Assembly: GCA_019828565.1 (NCBI GenBank) | Contig: JAHDYR010000053.1 | Coordinates: 532,214 to 596,213, forward strand | Reading direction: 5' to 3' | Length of the DNA stretch: 64,000 nucleotides | From: Carpediemonas membranifera BICM | Taxonomy: Eukaryota; Protista; Fornicata | Part shown: positions 54,700-64,000 of the stretch, in pieces | Layout: every line of letters begins with the position of its first letter | How positions within the stretch are numbered: the first letter of the stretch is position 1 | Translations under genes and position numbers: made by a program | The notes under the pieces: model-generated | The model's database searches: none | What the model was told of the DNA's origin: nothing | The model's input: the letters and a program-made list of their open reading frames with translations, nothing else

Positions 54700-55464
54700 T
54701 CAACCCTTTCCGGTTATACGCCTTTGTCTCCTGTTTTTTCCCTCGGGGAAAAGGCGGACGGACTTGAACGCTGCGTCGTCGGGGTCCTCTTCCTTTGTGT
54801 GTACCTCTGCGAGATAGAAGAATCTGCTCTTCTCGTTCAGGTTGTAATCTGGTGGGGCGATTTCTATTACTGTTCTGTTGTCTGTCATTTCTTTCGTTTG
54901 TTCTTTTCTTTTCCTCTTGAGTTCTTCTTGTACACTTGTTCCGTTCCATGGCCACTTGTCGGGGTAGACCAGGGGGCAGGGGTGTGGGCCTTCCATCGGA
55001 AGCTTGTCGCATGGAATAAGCTGCGGGAAGGAGTAGCGTTCGGTGGTGTTCCCAAAGATGGTAAACTCGACCCCGCCGTCTCTCACAGAGAAGGCGTCCA
55101 TGGCACGTTCTAATGTGTTGCGGTCACCGTTAGCCCGATCAACAGCTTCAGTGTCTCTTTGGACCGGAGGCCGGAGGGACCAGATGACTGCTCCGCTGAC
55201 GCTGGTTGCGATAGCGAGACTGAACGTTAACCCATGACTACCACCTCTGCCAACTGAGCTATGAGGCCTAACATGTGATGATTCGCGTTTCCAGTCAAGT
55301 TCTGTCCACTTCCGATGAAGCGCAAGGCAGAGAATGAAGATACAAAGCCAAACAAAAGCTATAACGGTCCAACAGAAAGCTGTTTTGCAAACTTGATGCT
55401 TTGATTCAGATTTTGCACTATGTGTTTGGTTGTTAGAGCATTCTTCAGAGTGGCGAAGAAGCAT
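54700..55464 (-). CDS. Hypothetical membrane protein
   Basis: 254-aa ORF with two hydrophobic segments. Confidence 0.4.
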   Translation of the reverse strand: MLLRHSEECSNNQTHSAKSESKHQVCKTAFCWTVIAFVWLCIFILCLALHRKWTELDWKRESSHVRPHSSVGRGGSHGLTFSLAIATSVSGAVIWSLRPPVQRDTEAVDRANGDRNTLERAMDAFSVRDGGVEFTIFGNTTERYSFPQLIPCDKLPMEGPHPCPLVYPDKWPWNGTSVQEELKRKRKEQTKEMTDNRTVIEIAPPDYNLNEKSRFFYLAEVHTKEEDPDDAAFKSVRLFPEGKNRRQRRITGKG

Positions 55465-55693
55465 TGGTTGTTCTGTTTGCTCAAATTTCGTCAGAGTCGA
55501 CGTGAGTCGATCGGTTGGGGTCTTGTGGGGTCAACGCGGGTCAGACATGCTCGAGAGATGGTGATCCTCAGTGTTTCAAAGGGCTCTTCTTTGTTTGGCG
55601 TGGACATCACGAATTGCAGATGGAATTCATCCTCGCCAGAATGGCAAAGCGAGTTAATTTATGCCACGCTGACATTCAGACAGCACAGCACAG

Positions 55694-58648
55694 CTAACTG
55701 GACAATTGGGGGACTCGATGCAATATGGTGGTCTTGACACAGCCACAGAGCAGGGTCGACCCGTCCGGGGAGAAGGCGAGGCTGAACACCATGTTATCAC
55801 ACTTGATTGTATGGTAGCACTCGCGGCTCTCGGTATTCCACAGCTTGATGGTCTTGTCCAGTGACCCGGATGCGAGGACCCTGCCGTCAGTCGGTGAGAA
55901 GGCGACACAATAGACAGAATCATGGCCAGTGAGATCGCCATCGCATTCCCAGGTCTCGGCGCCCTCGTTATTGACGGTCTTCTTCCAGAGTCTGATGGTG
56001 TTGTCGCCAGACCCAGAGGCTAGCAGAGTGCTGTCCGGTGAGAAGACGACGCTGGCAACCCAACCAGTGTGTCCCTTCAGAGTCTGCACGCGACTGCATG
56101 ACTCAGCGTCCCACACATTGATTGTACAGTCCTTTGATCCAGAGACGATGAACTTGCCGTCGGGGGAGATGGCGACGGAGTTGACATTATTGGTGTGCCC
56201 TGCCAACGTCCTGAACTTGCCGCTGTCGACGTCCCACACCCTGACCTTGTTGTCCAAGGATCCAGACACCAGCATCTTGCCGTCTTGGGAGAAGGTGAGG
56301 CTCGTAACACCAGCAGTGCACGTCTCGAAGGAAGAAATTGGCATGAGCAGCGGTACTGCCACATTCCACAACGAGATATCTCCTCTATTGTCACTTGTCG
56401 CGATAATCTTATCTTGGAAGACGGCTATGCAGGAAACAGAAACATTCCTTGGTAGAAATACTTTTTCCTTACCGCCCTCGTCAAACAGCTTGACAGTCTC
56501 GGCAGCAGCAAGCATGGTGCCATCTGACAGGAAGGCGACGGCTCTGACCCAGAAGTCTGAAGAGCACTCAAAGCGCAGAATGGGTTCAACCCAATCTGGA
56601 TCGACCACAGGCAGGGATCGAAGTTGAAGGACTGCCCGAATTCGGTCAGCCAAACCCTCGGCATTGATATCTTGTGTGTTCAACTGAAACTCGGCCAAAC
56701 GTATTCGGGCGACATCCTCGAGTCTGGCTTCCGTCTCGTCGCACTGGAACACGAGCTCTTGAGACTCGCCTGAGATGGTCAAGTTGAGTGTGACAATAAA
56801 TGTGCCGTCCGCTTGGACCTCCAGACGGTCGCCGAGCATGAGGGGGTGGGTGGCGAGGTCTTTGACGGAGGGGCGGGTGTCGCGCGGGAGAAGGCAGCGC
56901 TGGATAAAGTGCCGGACGGTGTGGTCTGTGACAGTGGCTAGTGATTCGGGAAGGATGCCCTGGGAGACCTTCTTGTATACCTCAATATCATTCTCGCACT
57001 CTCTATAAGGATACTCGCCCGTGACCATCTCGAGGACGCACATCCCGAGCGAATAGACGTCGACACCTTCATCGTATGCCTTATCATAGATCTCAGGGGC
57101 CATGAATTTGCGCGTGCCCGTCAATGTCTCGGCGTGAGTTCCCTCGAGGATGCGCGAGACCCCGAAGTCGCCGATCTTGACCTTGCCGCTGCTACTGTCG
57201 ATGAAGATGTTATCGCACTTCAAGTCGCGGTGTATGATGGGCGTCGTCCGCCCGTGTATGTAGCTGAGGCCCGATAGGATCTGGCGACTGTACTTGGCGA
57301 CGTCGCTGACGCTCATGGTCCACCCGTTTTTCCTCATCTGCTTAATGTGCTGGCGCAGGGTGCCAGACATAAGCTCGGTGATGAGAATGATGCGGTCACC
57401 ATCCATCCAGCTGTCAACGTATGAGATGATGTTCTGATGGGATAGTTCAGACAGTATCTTCATCTCCCGGTGTATCCGCTCGGTCTCGCGCTCATTACTG
57501 GGGTCTTTCACCCTAACCTCACACCAGGCCAGGTCGACACAATCCTCGTGATCCCTTGCCTTGTATACTACCTTAAAGGACCCACTACCGAGCATATCAT
57601 CGGATCGGTCGAATCGAGTCGGGTTACTTGATCCGCCACGCTTCGACGAAACGGGAGGGCTTACACCATTGGCGACGATCTCAACGAGAGGCACACTCAA
57701 CCCACCCGCAGGAATGGTGCCATTGTCCGTCGTCCAAGGCAAGTCGTCGTAGAATCCGTCGACCTTGTCGAGTCCATCTGCCCACTCGAACACCAACAGC
57801 ACCTTGGTCGCGCCCACCGCGTAGTGCAGCAGGGGTGGGTGGTTGGCAGGTGTGGAGACCTGTCGGGACTTGAGCTGGTCCACCAGCTCTTTTTCCGAGA
57901 GATTAGCAGGTCGCACGACGAGCTTGACGAATACCTTGGCGGGCTCTCTCGCGTTCTTATAAAAGTACTTTCCACTGAAGAACATGGCGAATCCGGTGTA
58001 ATTGGGACGTGGGATACTGCAAAGAGGCAGCGTTGCCCGGAATACCTCCAAATCATTGCCAGCAGAACGCTCGTCCGCGATGCTGTAGAGTCGACATAAA
58101 TCGAAATCGAAGAGCTGATAGCGCTCGCCAGGATCGTCTATAGGTGCGATCACAGGAAGGGGTCTATGGTAAAGCTCCAGCCTGTGGGAGTCGGCCCTAG
58201 CGGCGTCTTTGACATGCCTTGAATCGTTAAGCGACTTAGCGAACTTGTTGATGCTCTCGTCCAGCTCGTCGATCATCGTGGCGTCGACAGTCTGCCAGTC
58301 CTTGGGCCAGTTGTTAGCCAGACCTATGAGAGCCTCAGACGATCTCCAGACCCTATCGATGTTACGATGCGACTTTCGGTATGTGCCCAATTGACTATCG
58401 GCGATGTCTTCGATCAGCTTAACGCGGGCCGGAAAGAGGACAGCAATGTGAGATCGATAAATGGCACTGAAACGCTTGTCTCGGAGTGTTTCCTCGTACT
58501 GAATCGGGTCTTTGCGGTCCTTGGGAGGCATCCAGCCGAAGTAGTCGAAAATCCGGTCTAAACCGCTGGGTAAACAGCCAGAAAGACATGTTAGCAGAAG
58601 TGGAATGCCAAGAATAGACAAGATTGCACCCACAAGCTCTACAACCAT
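55694..58648 (-). CDS. Hydrophobic leader + helical domain + WNK-type kinase + WD40 propeller
   Basis: LGSGSFKVVYKA..DLAWCEV (WNK signature), IIHRDLKCDNIFI, VKIGDFG, GT..FMAPE, EMVTGEYPY; C-terminal WD40 repeats. Confidence 0.92.
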   Translation of the reverse strand: MVVELVGAILSILGIPLLLTCLSGCLPSGLDRIFDYFGWMPPKDRKDPIQYEETLRDKRFSAIYRSHIAVLFPARVKLIEDIADSQLGTYRKSHRNIDRVWRSSEALIGLANNWPKDWQTVDATMIDELDESINKFAKSLNDSRHVKDAARADSHRLELYHRPLPVIAPIDDPGERYQLFDFDLCRLYSIADERSAGNDLEVFRATLPLCSIPRPNYTGFAMFFSGKYFYKNAREPAKVFVKLVVRPANLSEKELVDQLKSRQVSTPANHPPLLHYAVGATKVLLVFEWADGLDKVDGFYDDLPWTTDNGTIPAGGLSVPLVEIVANGVSPPVSSKRGGSSNPTRFDRSDDMLGSGSFKVVYKARDHEDCVDLAWCEVRVKDPSNERETERIHREMKILSELSHQNIISYVDSWMDGDRIILITELMSGTLRQHIKQMRKNGWTMSVSDVAKYSRQILSGLSYIHGRTTPIIHRDLKCDNIFIDSSSGKVKIGDFGVSRILEGTHAETLTGTRKFMAPEIYDKAYDEGVDVYSLGMCVLEMVTGEYPYRECENDIEVYKKVSQGILPESLATVTDHTVRHFIQRCLLPRDTRPSVKDLATHPLMLGDRLEVQADGTFIVTLNLTISGESQELVFQCDETEARLEDVARIRLAEFQLNTQDINAEGLADRIRAVLQLRSLPVVDPDWVEPILRFECSSDFWVRAVAFLSDGTMLAAAETVKLFDEGGKEKVFLPRNVSVSCIAVFQDKIIATSDNRGDISLWNVAVPLLMPISSFETCTAGVTSLTFSQDGKMLVSGSLDNKVRVWDVDSGKFRTLAGHTNNVNSVAISPDGKFIVSGSKDCTINVWDAESCSRVQTLKGHTGWVASVVFSPDSTLLASGSGDNTIRLWKKTVNNEGAETWECDGDLTGHDSVYCVAFSPTDGRVLASGSLDKTIKLWNTESRECYHTIKCDNMVFSLAFSPDGSTLLCGCVKTTILHRVPQLSS

Positions 58649-59042
58649 AAAACTCGCGGATTGCTGTCCTTTCGTCTGGCTCAAGAGCCTTTATTAACCG
58701 CAATCGTTTATGATTCATGTAATTACATAAATGGATTGGAGGTGGCATCCAAGGCGGCTAGCAGCCACCACTCAACTCGCCTCCTTTGATACACCGCCCC
58801 TCTGCCCAAGGAAGCTAAGGGTGAGGCATACATTTACAACCCTTGGTCCTCAACATCAAGCAACCCCTCAGCAATCGCTCCCACGCCCGCGGCCACGGCA
58901 TCGGCGTCCACGTTTCGACTCGCGTCCCGAGCCCACATGCGCGCTATCCGCAAAGACCCTCCCCAGCATCCTCTACCGGCCGAGTCATCGCTACCAGACG
59001 ACGCGACACAAGCCGCACGTCACATTTCTTTGAGTTTTCCCC

Positions 59043-59135
59043 TCACCGCTTCAGCAGGGCGGCCATCTTGGCAAGGGGGTCATCCTTGGCTAGCCGCTTC
59101 ACGCCTTTGGACGATGGCCGGGCTGGCTTCTTCTT
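59043..59135. repeat. 93-bp exact copy of the CWC25 3' end (62156-62248)
   Basis: TCACCGCTTCAGCAGG...GGCTTCTTCTT identical at both sites. Confidence 0.95.
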
Positions 59136-59225
59136 GTTCGACAGACCCCCGACCGGAATCAGATGGATCCCACCGTTCATGCAGAAAGAGCGGGTCATTT
59201 ATTTCAGGGATACAACAGACATTAG

Positions 59226-61808
59226 TCAAGCGATGGCGGGCTCGTCGGCCTGTGCAGCACCCACGAAAGGGGGGGCAACCAGGCCGTTCTGGCGGCAGAA
59301 AGCAGCCAGGTGGGCATGGAGACGCTCCAGCAGCTTCCGACGGTCGTCGGCAGTGTCATGTAGATCGTTGTCCCGGATTATCTCAGCTACGGTAGGGTCC
59401 CAGTGCGTCTGATGAAGGCACGCTGATTCCTGGCACTGGGCCTTGGGGGTGTTGATACAGACATTAGCTCGCTTGACATCATCCGGGCTGTTATTGCGTG
59501 CGAAGCCTTTGTAGTGAATAGCCCAAAACCAGATGACCAGGGCATTGGCGGGGGTGATCGGAGCGATCCCAGCCTTCTTAAGGTCATCAGAGCGAGAGAG
59601 ATGAGGATATTGGCAATAGTGCTTGGTGCAAACAGGATCGAACCTACACAGCTTTCGAAGGGAATGGGGTTGGGTCTCAGTCTCGACCGCGACAAAGCCA
59701 TTACAAAACTTCGGCATTATAAGATTTCGGATTTCATGCATGTTATCGTCCGTGATCTGCAGCGGTGACTCGGGGTGGTAGTGGGTGTGTGGGTGGCAAC
59801 GAAGGACGGCGCGAATCCGGCCAGCTAAACCCTGGGCGCTGATGTCGAGGGCGTCTGTTTCGTTCAAACGAAGCTCGGCCAAACGCTGCTGGGCGACATC
59901 CTCGAGTATGTCTTCCGTCTCGTCGCACTGGAACGCGACATCCCGAGGCTGACCTGCGATGGTCAGGTTGAGTGTGACAATAAAGGTCCCGTCCGCTTGG
60001 ACCTCCAGACGGTCGCCGAGCATGAGGGGGTGGGTGGCGAGGTCTTCGATGGAGGGGCGATAGCGGCGCTGGCAAAGGCAGCTCTGGATAAAGTGCCGGA
60101 CGGTGTCGTCTGTGACAGTGGCTAGTGAGTCGGGGGGGATGCCCTTGGTGGCCGTATCGTACACTTGAAACTCATGATTGCACTCTCGTCCATAAGGAAT
60201 CTCGCCCGTGGCCATCTCGAGGACGCACGTCCCGAAGGCGTATACATCAATGCGCTCATCGTATGTCCCCTTGAATATCTCAGGGGCCATGAACGCTGGT
60301 GTGCCCGTCAATGTCTCGGCGTGAGTTCCCTCGAGGACGTGGGAGACCCCGAAGTCGCCGATCTTGACCTTGCCGCTGCTACTGTCGATGAAGATGTTAT
60401 CGCACTTCAAGTCGCGGTGTATGATGGGCGTCGTCCGCCCGTGTATGTAGCTGAGGCCCGATAGGATCTGGCGACAGCACTTGGCGATGTCGCTGAGACG
60501 CATGGTCGGCCTATTCTCGACGTACTGGCGCAGGGTGCCAGACATAAGTTCGGTGATGAGTATGTGCTTTTTTTGTTCTTCATCCCTCCAATAGTCAACG
60601 TATGATATGATGTTCTGATGCTCAAGAGCAGCCAGTAGCACAATTTCCTGCTCTTCCTTCTCGGTCGCGCTCTTATCATTGGGATCTTTCATCCTGATCT
60701 CACACCAGGCCACGTCGACCTTCTCCTCGGAGTCGAATGCCTTGTATACAGTCTTAGAAGATCCCCTGCCGCTCACAATAATGGATCGCTCGAATCGAGC
60801 CTGGTTAGTTGATCCATCACGCTTCAACAACGCTTTGATAATCTCACTAGGCCAGTCGCTGTAGAATCCGTCCCTCTTATCGTCAGAATTTGTCCCCTTG
60901 AACACCAACAGCACCTTGGTTGCACCCACGGCGTAGTGCAGCAGAGGTGGGTGATTTTGTGGTGTAAATTTCGCACGGACATTGAGGTTGCGCACCAAGT
61001 CATCCCTCGCCTTTCTCGTGAGATCATCAGGCAGTGTGACGAGTTTGATGAGAACATCCGAGCGAGTGAGCTCGTCTTCTTTCCACTCGAAGTACTCTCC
61101 ACTGTAGAACTTGGCGTCGTTTCGTTTGTTTGGCTCGGGGGTGATGTCATGAAGAGGGAGGGTTGACCTGAATACGTCCTTCTCTTCCCCATAACTGTTA
61201 TTCGGACATTCGACCTTGATGTTGCAGACCCGACGGAAGTCGAAGTTATTGCTGACATCGGTGTGATAGAGCTTCAGCCTGTAGAAGTCTGGCGCAGAGG
61301 CGACTTTGCTCACACGCCTTGTATCATCAAGCGACTCGGCGAACTTGTTGATGCACTTGTCCAGCTTTTTGATCTTCGTGGCGTCGACAGTCTGCCAGTC
61401 CTCGGGCCAGTCGATAGCCAGCCGCATGAGTGCCTCGGATGCTTTCCAGACACCACGGACTCGTTTAGACGCTCGGTATGTGCCCAAGCAGCTTGTGGCA
61501 ATTTCTTTGACCAGCTTGACGCGTTTTGGCAGGAGGACAGCGATGCGAGACTGATATATGACGCTGAGACGGCAGTCTCGAAGATTCTTTTCATAGTCAA
61601 TCGGGTCTTTGCGGACTTTCGGAGGCAGCAAGCCGAAGCAGTTGCAAAAACGTCCTAGGCAGCTCGACAATATGCCAGACAAGCCAGAAACAAGCGTTTC
61701 CTTGAAAATAAAAAGAAAAACAAGAAGCAATTGAGACCAATATGTCGTAAGAAAATCCAAAGGCCAAATCTTGCCTGCGGCGTCTTTCAACTCGAAATCT
61801 TGGGACAT
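59226..61808 (-). CDS. Paralogous leader + WNK-type kinase with Cys/His-rich (CCCH-like) C-terminus instead of WD40
   Basis: GRGSSKTVYKA..DVAWCEI, HRDLKCDNIF, GTPAFMAPE; tail CRFDPVCTKHYCQYPH and CINTPKAQCQESACLHQTH. Confidence 0.9.
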   Translation of the reverse strand: MSQDFELKDAAGKIWPLDFLTTYWSQLLLVFLFIFKETLVSGLSGILSSCLGRFCNCFGLLPPKVRKDPIDYEKNLRDCRLSVIYQSRIAVLLPKRVKLVKEIATSCLGTYRASKRVRGVWKASEALMRLAIDWPEDWQTVDATKIKKLDKCINKFAESLDDTRRVSKVASAPDFYRLKLYHTDVSNNFDFRRVCNIKVECPNNSYGEEKDVFRSTLPLHDITPEPNKRNDAKFYSGEYFEWKEDELTRSDVLIKLVTLPDDLTRKARDDLVRNLNVRAKFTPQNHPPLLHYAVGATKVLLVFKGTNSDDKRDGFYSDWPSEIIKALLKRDGSTNQARFERSIIVSGRGSSKTVYKAFDSEEKVDVAWCEIRMKDPNDKSATEKEEQEIVLLAALEHQNIISYVDYWRDEEQKKHILITELMSGTLRQYVENRPTMRLSDIAKCCRQILSGLSYIHGRTTPIIHRDLKCDNIFIDSSSGKVKIGDFGVSHVLEGTHAETLTGTPAFMAPEIFKGTYDERIDVYAFGTCVLEMATGEIPYGRECNHEFQVYDTATKGIPPDSLATVTDDTVRHFIQSCLCQRRYRPSIEDLATHPLMLGDRLEVQADGTFIVTLNLTIAGQPRDVAFQCDETEDILEDVAQQRLAELRLNETDALDISAQGLAGRIRAVLRCHPHTHYHPESPLQITDDNMHEIRNLIMPKFCNGFVAVETETQPHSLRKLCRFDPVCTKHYCQYPHLSRSDDLKKAGIAPITPANALVIWFWAIHYKGFARNNSPDDVKRANVCINTPKAQCQESACLHQTHWDPTVAEIIRDNDLHDTADDRRKLLERLHAHLAAFCRQNGLVAPPFVGAAQADEPAIA

Positions 61809-62155
61809 CTGCTTTGTGGGACTTAAACTGCTCGCGCATCAAATGATGAGCATCACGAGTCTGCGAAATGTACCTCATCCCCAAGACACATAAGTAGAGA
61901 TGCTGATTGCTGCCCGGTCCGGAGTCCAGTCGGCTCTGTCCTGCATGGGAGACCTGGCCTGGGTCTCGGGTGGCCCATCGTCGACTCGACCCTTGAATCT
62001 ACCTTTGCATCACCGGTCAGAGCTATTAAGCCGGAATTTATACATGTGCCGCGATAAATGAGCCGCGCTACTCAGACCATGAGGATGGCGTTGATGCAGC
62101 CGTCGTTCTCCGGGTTGTTCGTGACCTGCGCATACTTGCCCCAAGCCCCATGCCA

Positions 62156-62599
62156 TCACCGCTTCAGCAGGGCGGCCATCTTGGCAAGGGGGTCATCCTT
62201 GGCTAGCCGCTTCACGCCTTTGGACGATGGCCGGGCTGGCTTCTTCTTCTTCTCGATAAGCACTGCTGCACCGACCTTCTCGGCCTTGATAACGTCCTCG
62301 TCGCGCTTGGAAGGCTCGATTGGCTTGCCCAGAAGATGGGCTTCGGCCTCAGCAGCCTTGGCCTTCTTTGTGCCTGAATACATCCAATCGATCCGATTAG
62401 CACTCTCGGGAGCCTTTCCAGCATGCGCAATTGTCGAAGCGCCCTTCTTTCGCGCCTTTTGCTCACGAATGACGCGTTTCACCTCTTCGATCTTACGCTG
62501 TTCAATTTCAGCACTCGCTTCAGCATTCTCAATGGCCATCTTGTTCTGGTACGTGCCTACGTGCCATTCCTTATGCGCATTCAGATTTCCGCTCCCCAT
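62156..62599 (-). CDS. CWC25: Pre-mRNA splicing factor CWC25
   Basis: MGSGNLNAHKEWH..AE..EQRKIEE, RIDWMY, LLGK, DDPL. Confidence 0.85.
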   Translation of the reverse strand: MGSGNLNAHKEWHVGTYQNKMAIENAEASAEIEQRKIEEVKRVIREQKARKKGASTIAHAGKAPESANRIDWMYSGTKKAKAAEAEAHLLGKPIEPSKRDEDVIKAEKVGAAVLIEKKKKPARPSSKGVKRLAKDDPLAKMAALLKR

Positions 62600-62840
62600 T
62601 GCCTGTCGTGGCAGCCGAGTTATCGTATACATGCGTCACATAAATGCCCAAAACAGCCCGGTTGGGTAGCCAGCGCTTCAAACAGTTGTATGCACATGAC
62701 TCAGCGCTGGAAAGACGTCGGTGTGATCCCCGTTCACCATGACATAAAAGGGACATCGCATGCATCGGACATTCACCAGATCGTCAATATTAAACTTTAC
62801 AAATGGCGCTACAAACGTCCATTGTCTGAGGAATCTAGGC

Positions 62841-63962
62841 TTAGTAGTTTCTGTAGTTGTCGGCCAGGCCGGGTCTGCGCCCCGCGCCATAGCCGTAGTT
62901 GAGCCCGCCGTATGTTGGCCGGGCAGGCGCGGCGGCCGTGAACTGGCGGCCGGCCGTGGTGGCCTCGCGCGTCTTCAGGCTCTGCTCGCGGCGTGTCGCT
63001 TCGGTCTCGCGGCGGGCGACGGCGGCCTCTCTCCTCTCGAGGTCGGCCTCGCGTCTGCGAACCTCAGCCTCACGTCTGTCGAGCTCACGCTCGCGGCGGT
63101 CCGCAACGGACTCGTCGGAGGGCTCGGACGCGGCCTCCTGCGAGGGCGCCGTCTTGTTGATCGTCGCGAGGATCTTCGCCATGCGGGGGTTGCTCTCGAG
63201 TGACGCCGCGGACGGCCTGCGCACGGGCGACTTGTCGAGCATCGTGTTGATGAGCGCGATGAGCTCGTCGTCGCGGCCGCGGATCGGGAGCGGCGACTCG
63301 CGCAGGATCTTGCGGTTGAGCGTCTCCTGGGTCGTCGCGGTGAAGGGCGGGTTGAGCGTGGCCAGCTCGTAGATAACGCAGCCGAGCGACCAGATGTCGC
63401 ACTTGTCGTCGTAGGGCCGCTTCTGGATCTGCTCGGGCGACATGTACAGGGGCGTGCCGACGTTGGTGAAGGCGTAGCTGTTCGCGTTGAGCTCTCTCGC
63501 GAGGCCGAAGTCGCCGAGCTTGACGCACTGGCCCTCGCCGATCATGATGTTGCCGGGCTTGATGTCGCGGTGCAGGATCTCGGTCGGCTTGCGCGTGTGG
63601 CAGGCCGCGAGCGCGGACACCATCTGCGCGAACACGCTCCAGATCACGTCGTCGCGGATCGGGCGGGCCTCGCGCTTGTGGCGGCGGATGTAGGCGGCGA
63701 GATCGCCACCAGCGCAGTATTCCATGAAGACTGTGAGCTTCCCGGCCTCCCTGTTGACGTCGCGGTCGATGTAGCGCACGATATTCGGGTGCGAGAGGTC
63801 GCGGAGGATGTTGACCTCGTCCACGAGCAGCTTCTTCTCCTTCTCGCTCATGCGCGCGTACTTCACGATCTTCGCCGCCATAATCTCGCCGTTCCGTTCC
63901 ACCTTCATCACCTGGCCGAAAGAGCCGCGGCCGAGTTCCTCGATTGTCTTGTATTCAGCCAT
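62841..63962 (-). CDS. NIMA-related kinase (NEK2-like) with coiled-coil tail
   Basis: LGRGSFGQV, MSEKEKKLLVDEVNILRDLSHPNIVRY, MEYCAGGDL, HRDIKPGN, LGDFGLAR, VGTPLYMSPE. Confidence 0.93.
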   Translation of the reverse strand: MAEYKTIEELGRGSFGQVMKVERNGEIMAAKIVKYARMSEKEKKLLVDEVNILRDLSHPNIVRYIDRDVNREAGKLTVFMEYCAGGDLAAYIRRHKREARPIRDDVIWSVFAQMVSALAACHTRKPTEILHRDIKPGNIMIGEGQCVKLGDFGLARELNANSYAFTNVGTPLYMSPEQIQKRPYDDKCDIWSLGCVIYELATLNPPFTATTQETLNRKILRESPLPIRGRDDELIALINTMLDKSPVRRPSAASLESNPRMAKILATINKTAPSQEAASEPSDESVADRRERELDRREAEVRRREADLERREAAVARRETEATRREQSLKTREATTAGRQFTAAAPARPTYGGLNYGYGAGRRPGLADNYRNY

Positions 63963-64000
63963 CGTGCAGAATTTGCCGAATTCTCAAACTGCCCCAGAGT

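Overview
Gene-dense eukaryotic DNA with very few introns; those present are tiny (29-36 bp, GT[T/A]TGT, GTAAGT or GTGCGT ... TNAC-NYAG, with the branch point fused to the 3' splice site). Gene content and style fit a free-living metamonad/fornicate protist such as Carpediemonas (inference). Housekeeping genes: SARAF, PPase, HSP20, eIF3j, an FCP/UBLCP1-like phosphatase, ERO1, a GCP-like protein, organelle-targeted SHMT, fibrillarin, scramblase, RRB1/GRWD1, CFAP91, ArgRS, CWC25 and a NEK kinase. Three accessory systems lie among them. (1) A young 6,034-bp Ty3/Gypsy chromovirus (42297-48330, minus strand) with identical 84-bp LTRs, a 4-bp ACTG TSD, a PPT and no tRNA-type PBS (possible self-priming). 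It carries an extra antisense gene split by a host-type 29-bp intron and ending in a second, degenerate chromodomain. (2) A recombining family of hydrophobic-leader/WD40 genes (at least 6 copies or fragments) whose middle cargo differs: none, a WNK-type kinase, or a GC-rich bacterial GNAT acetyltransferase fused in frame. (3) A WNK-kinase cassette flanked by a perfect 93-bp duplication of the CWC25 3' end. There is also a long ankyrin protein with a C-terminal OTU-like protease domain.
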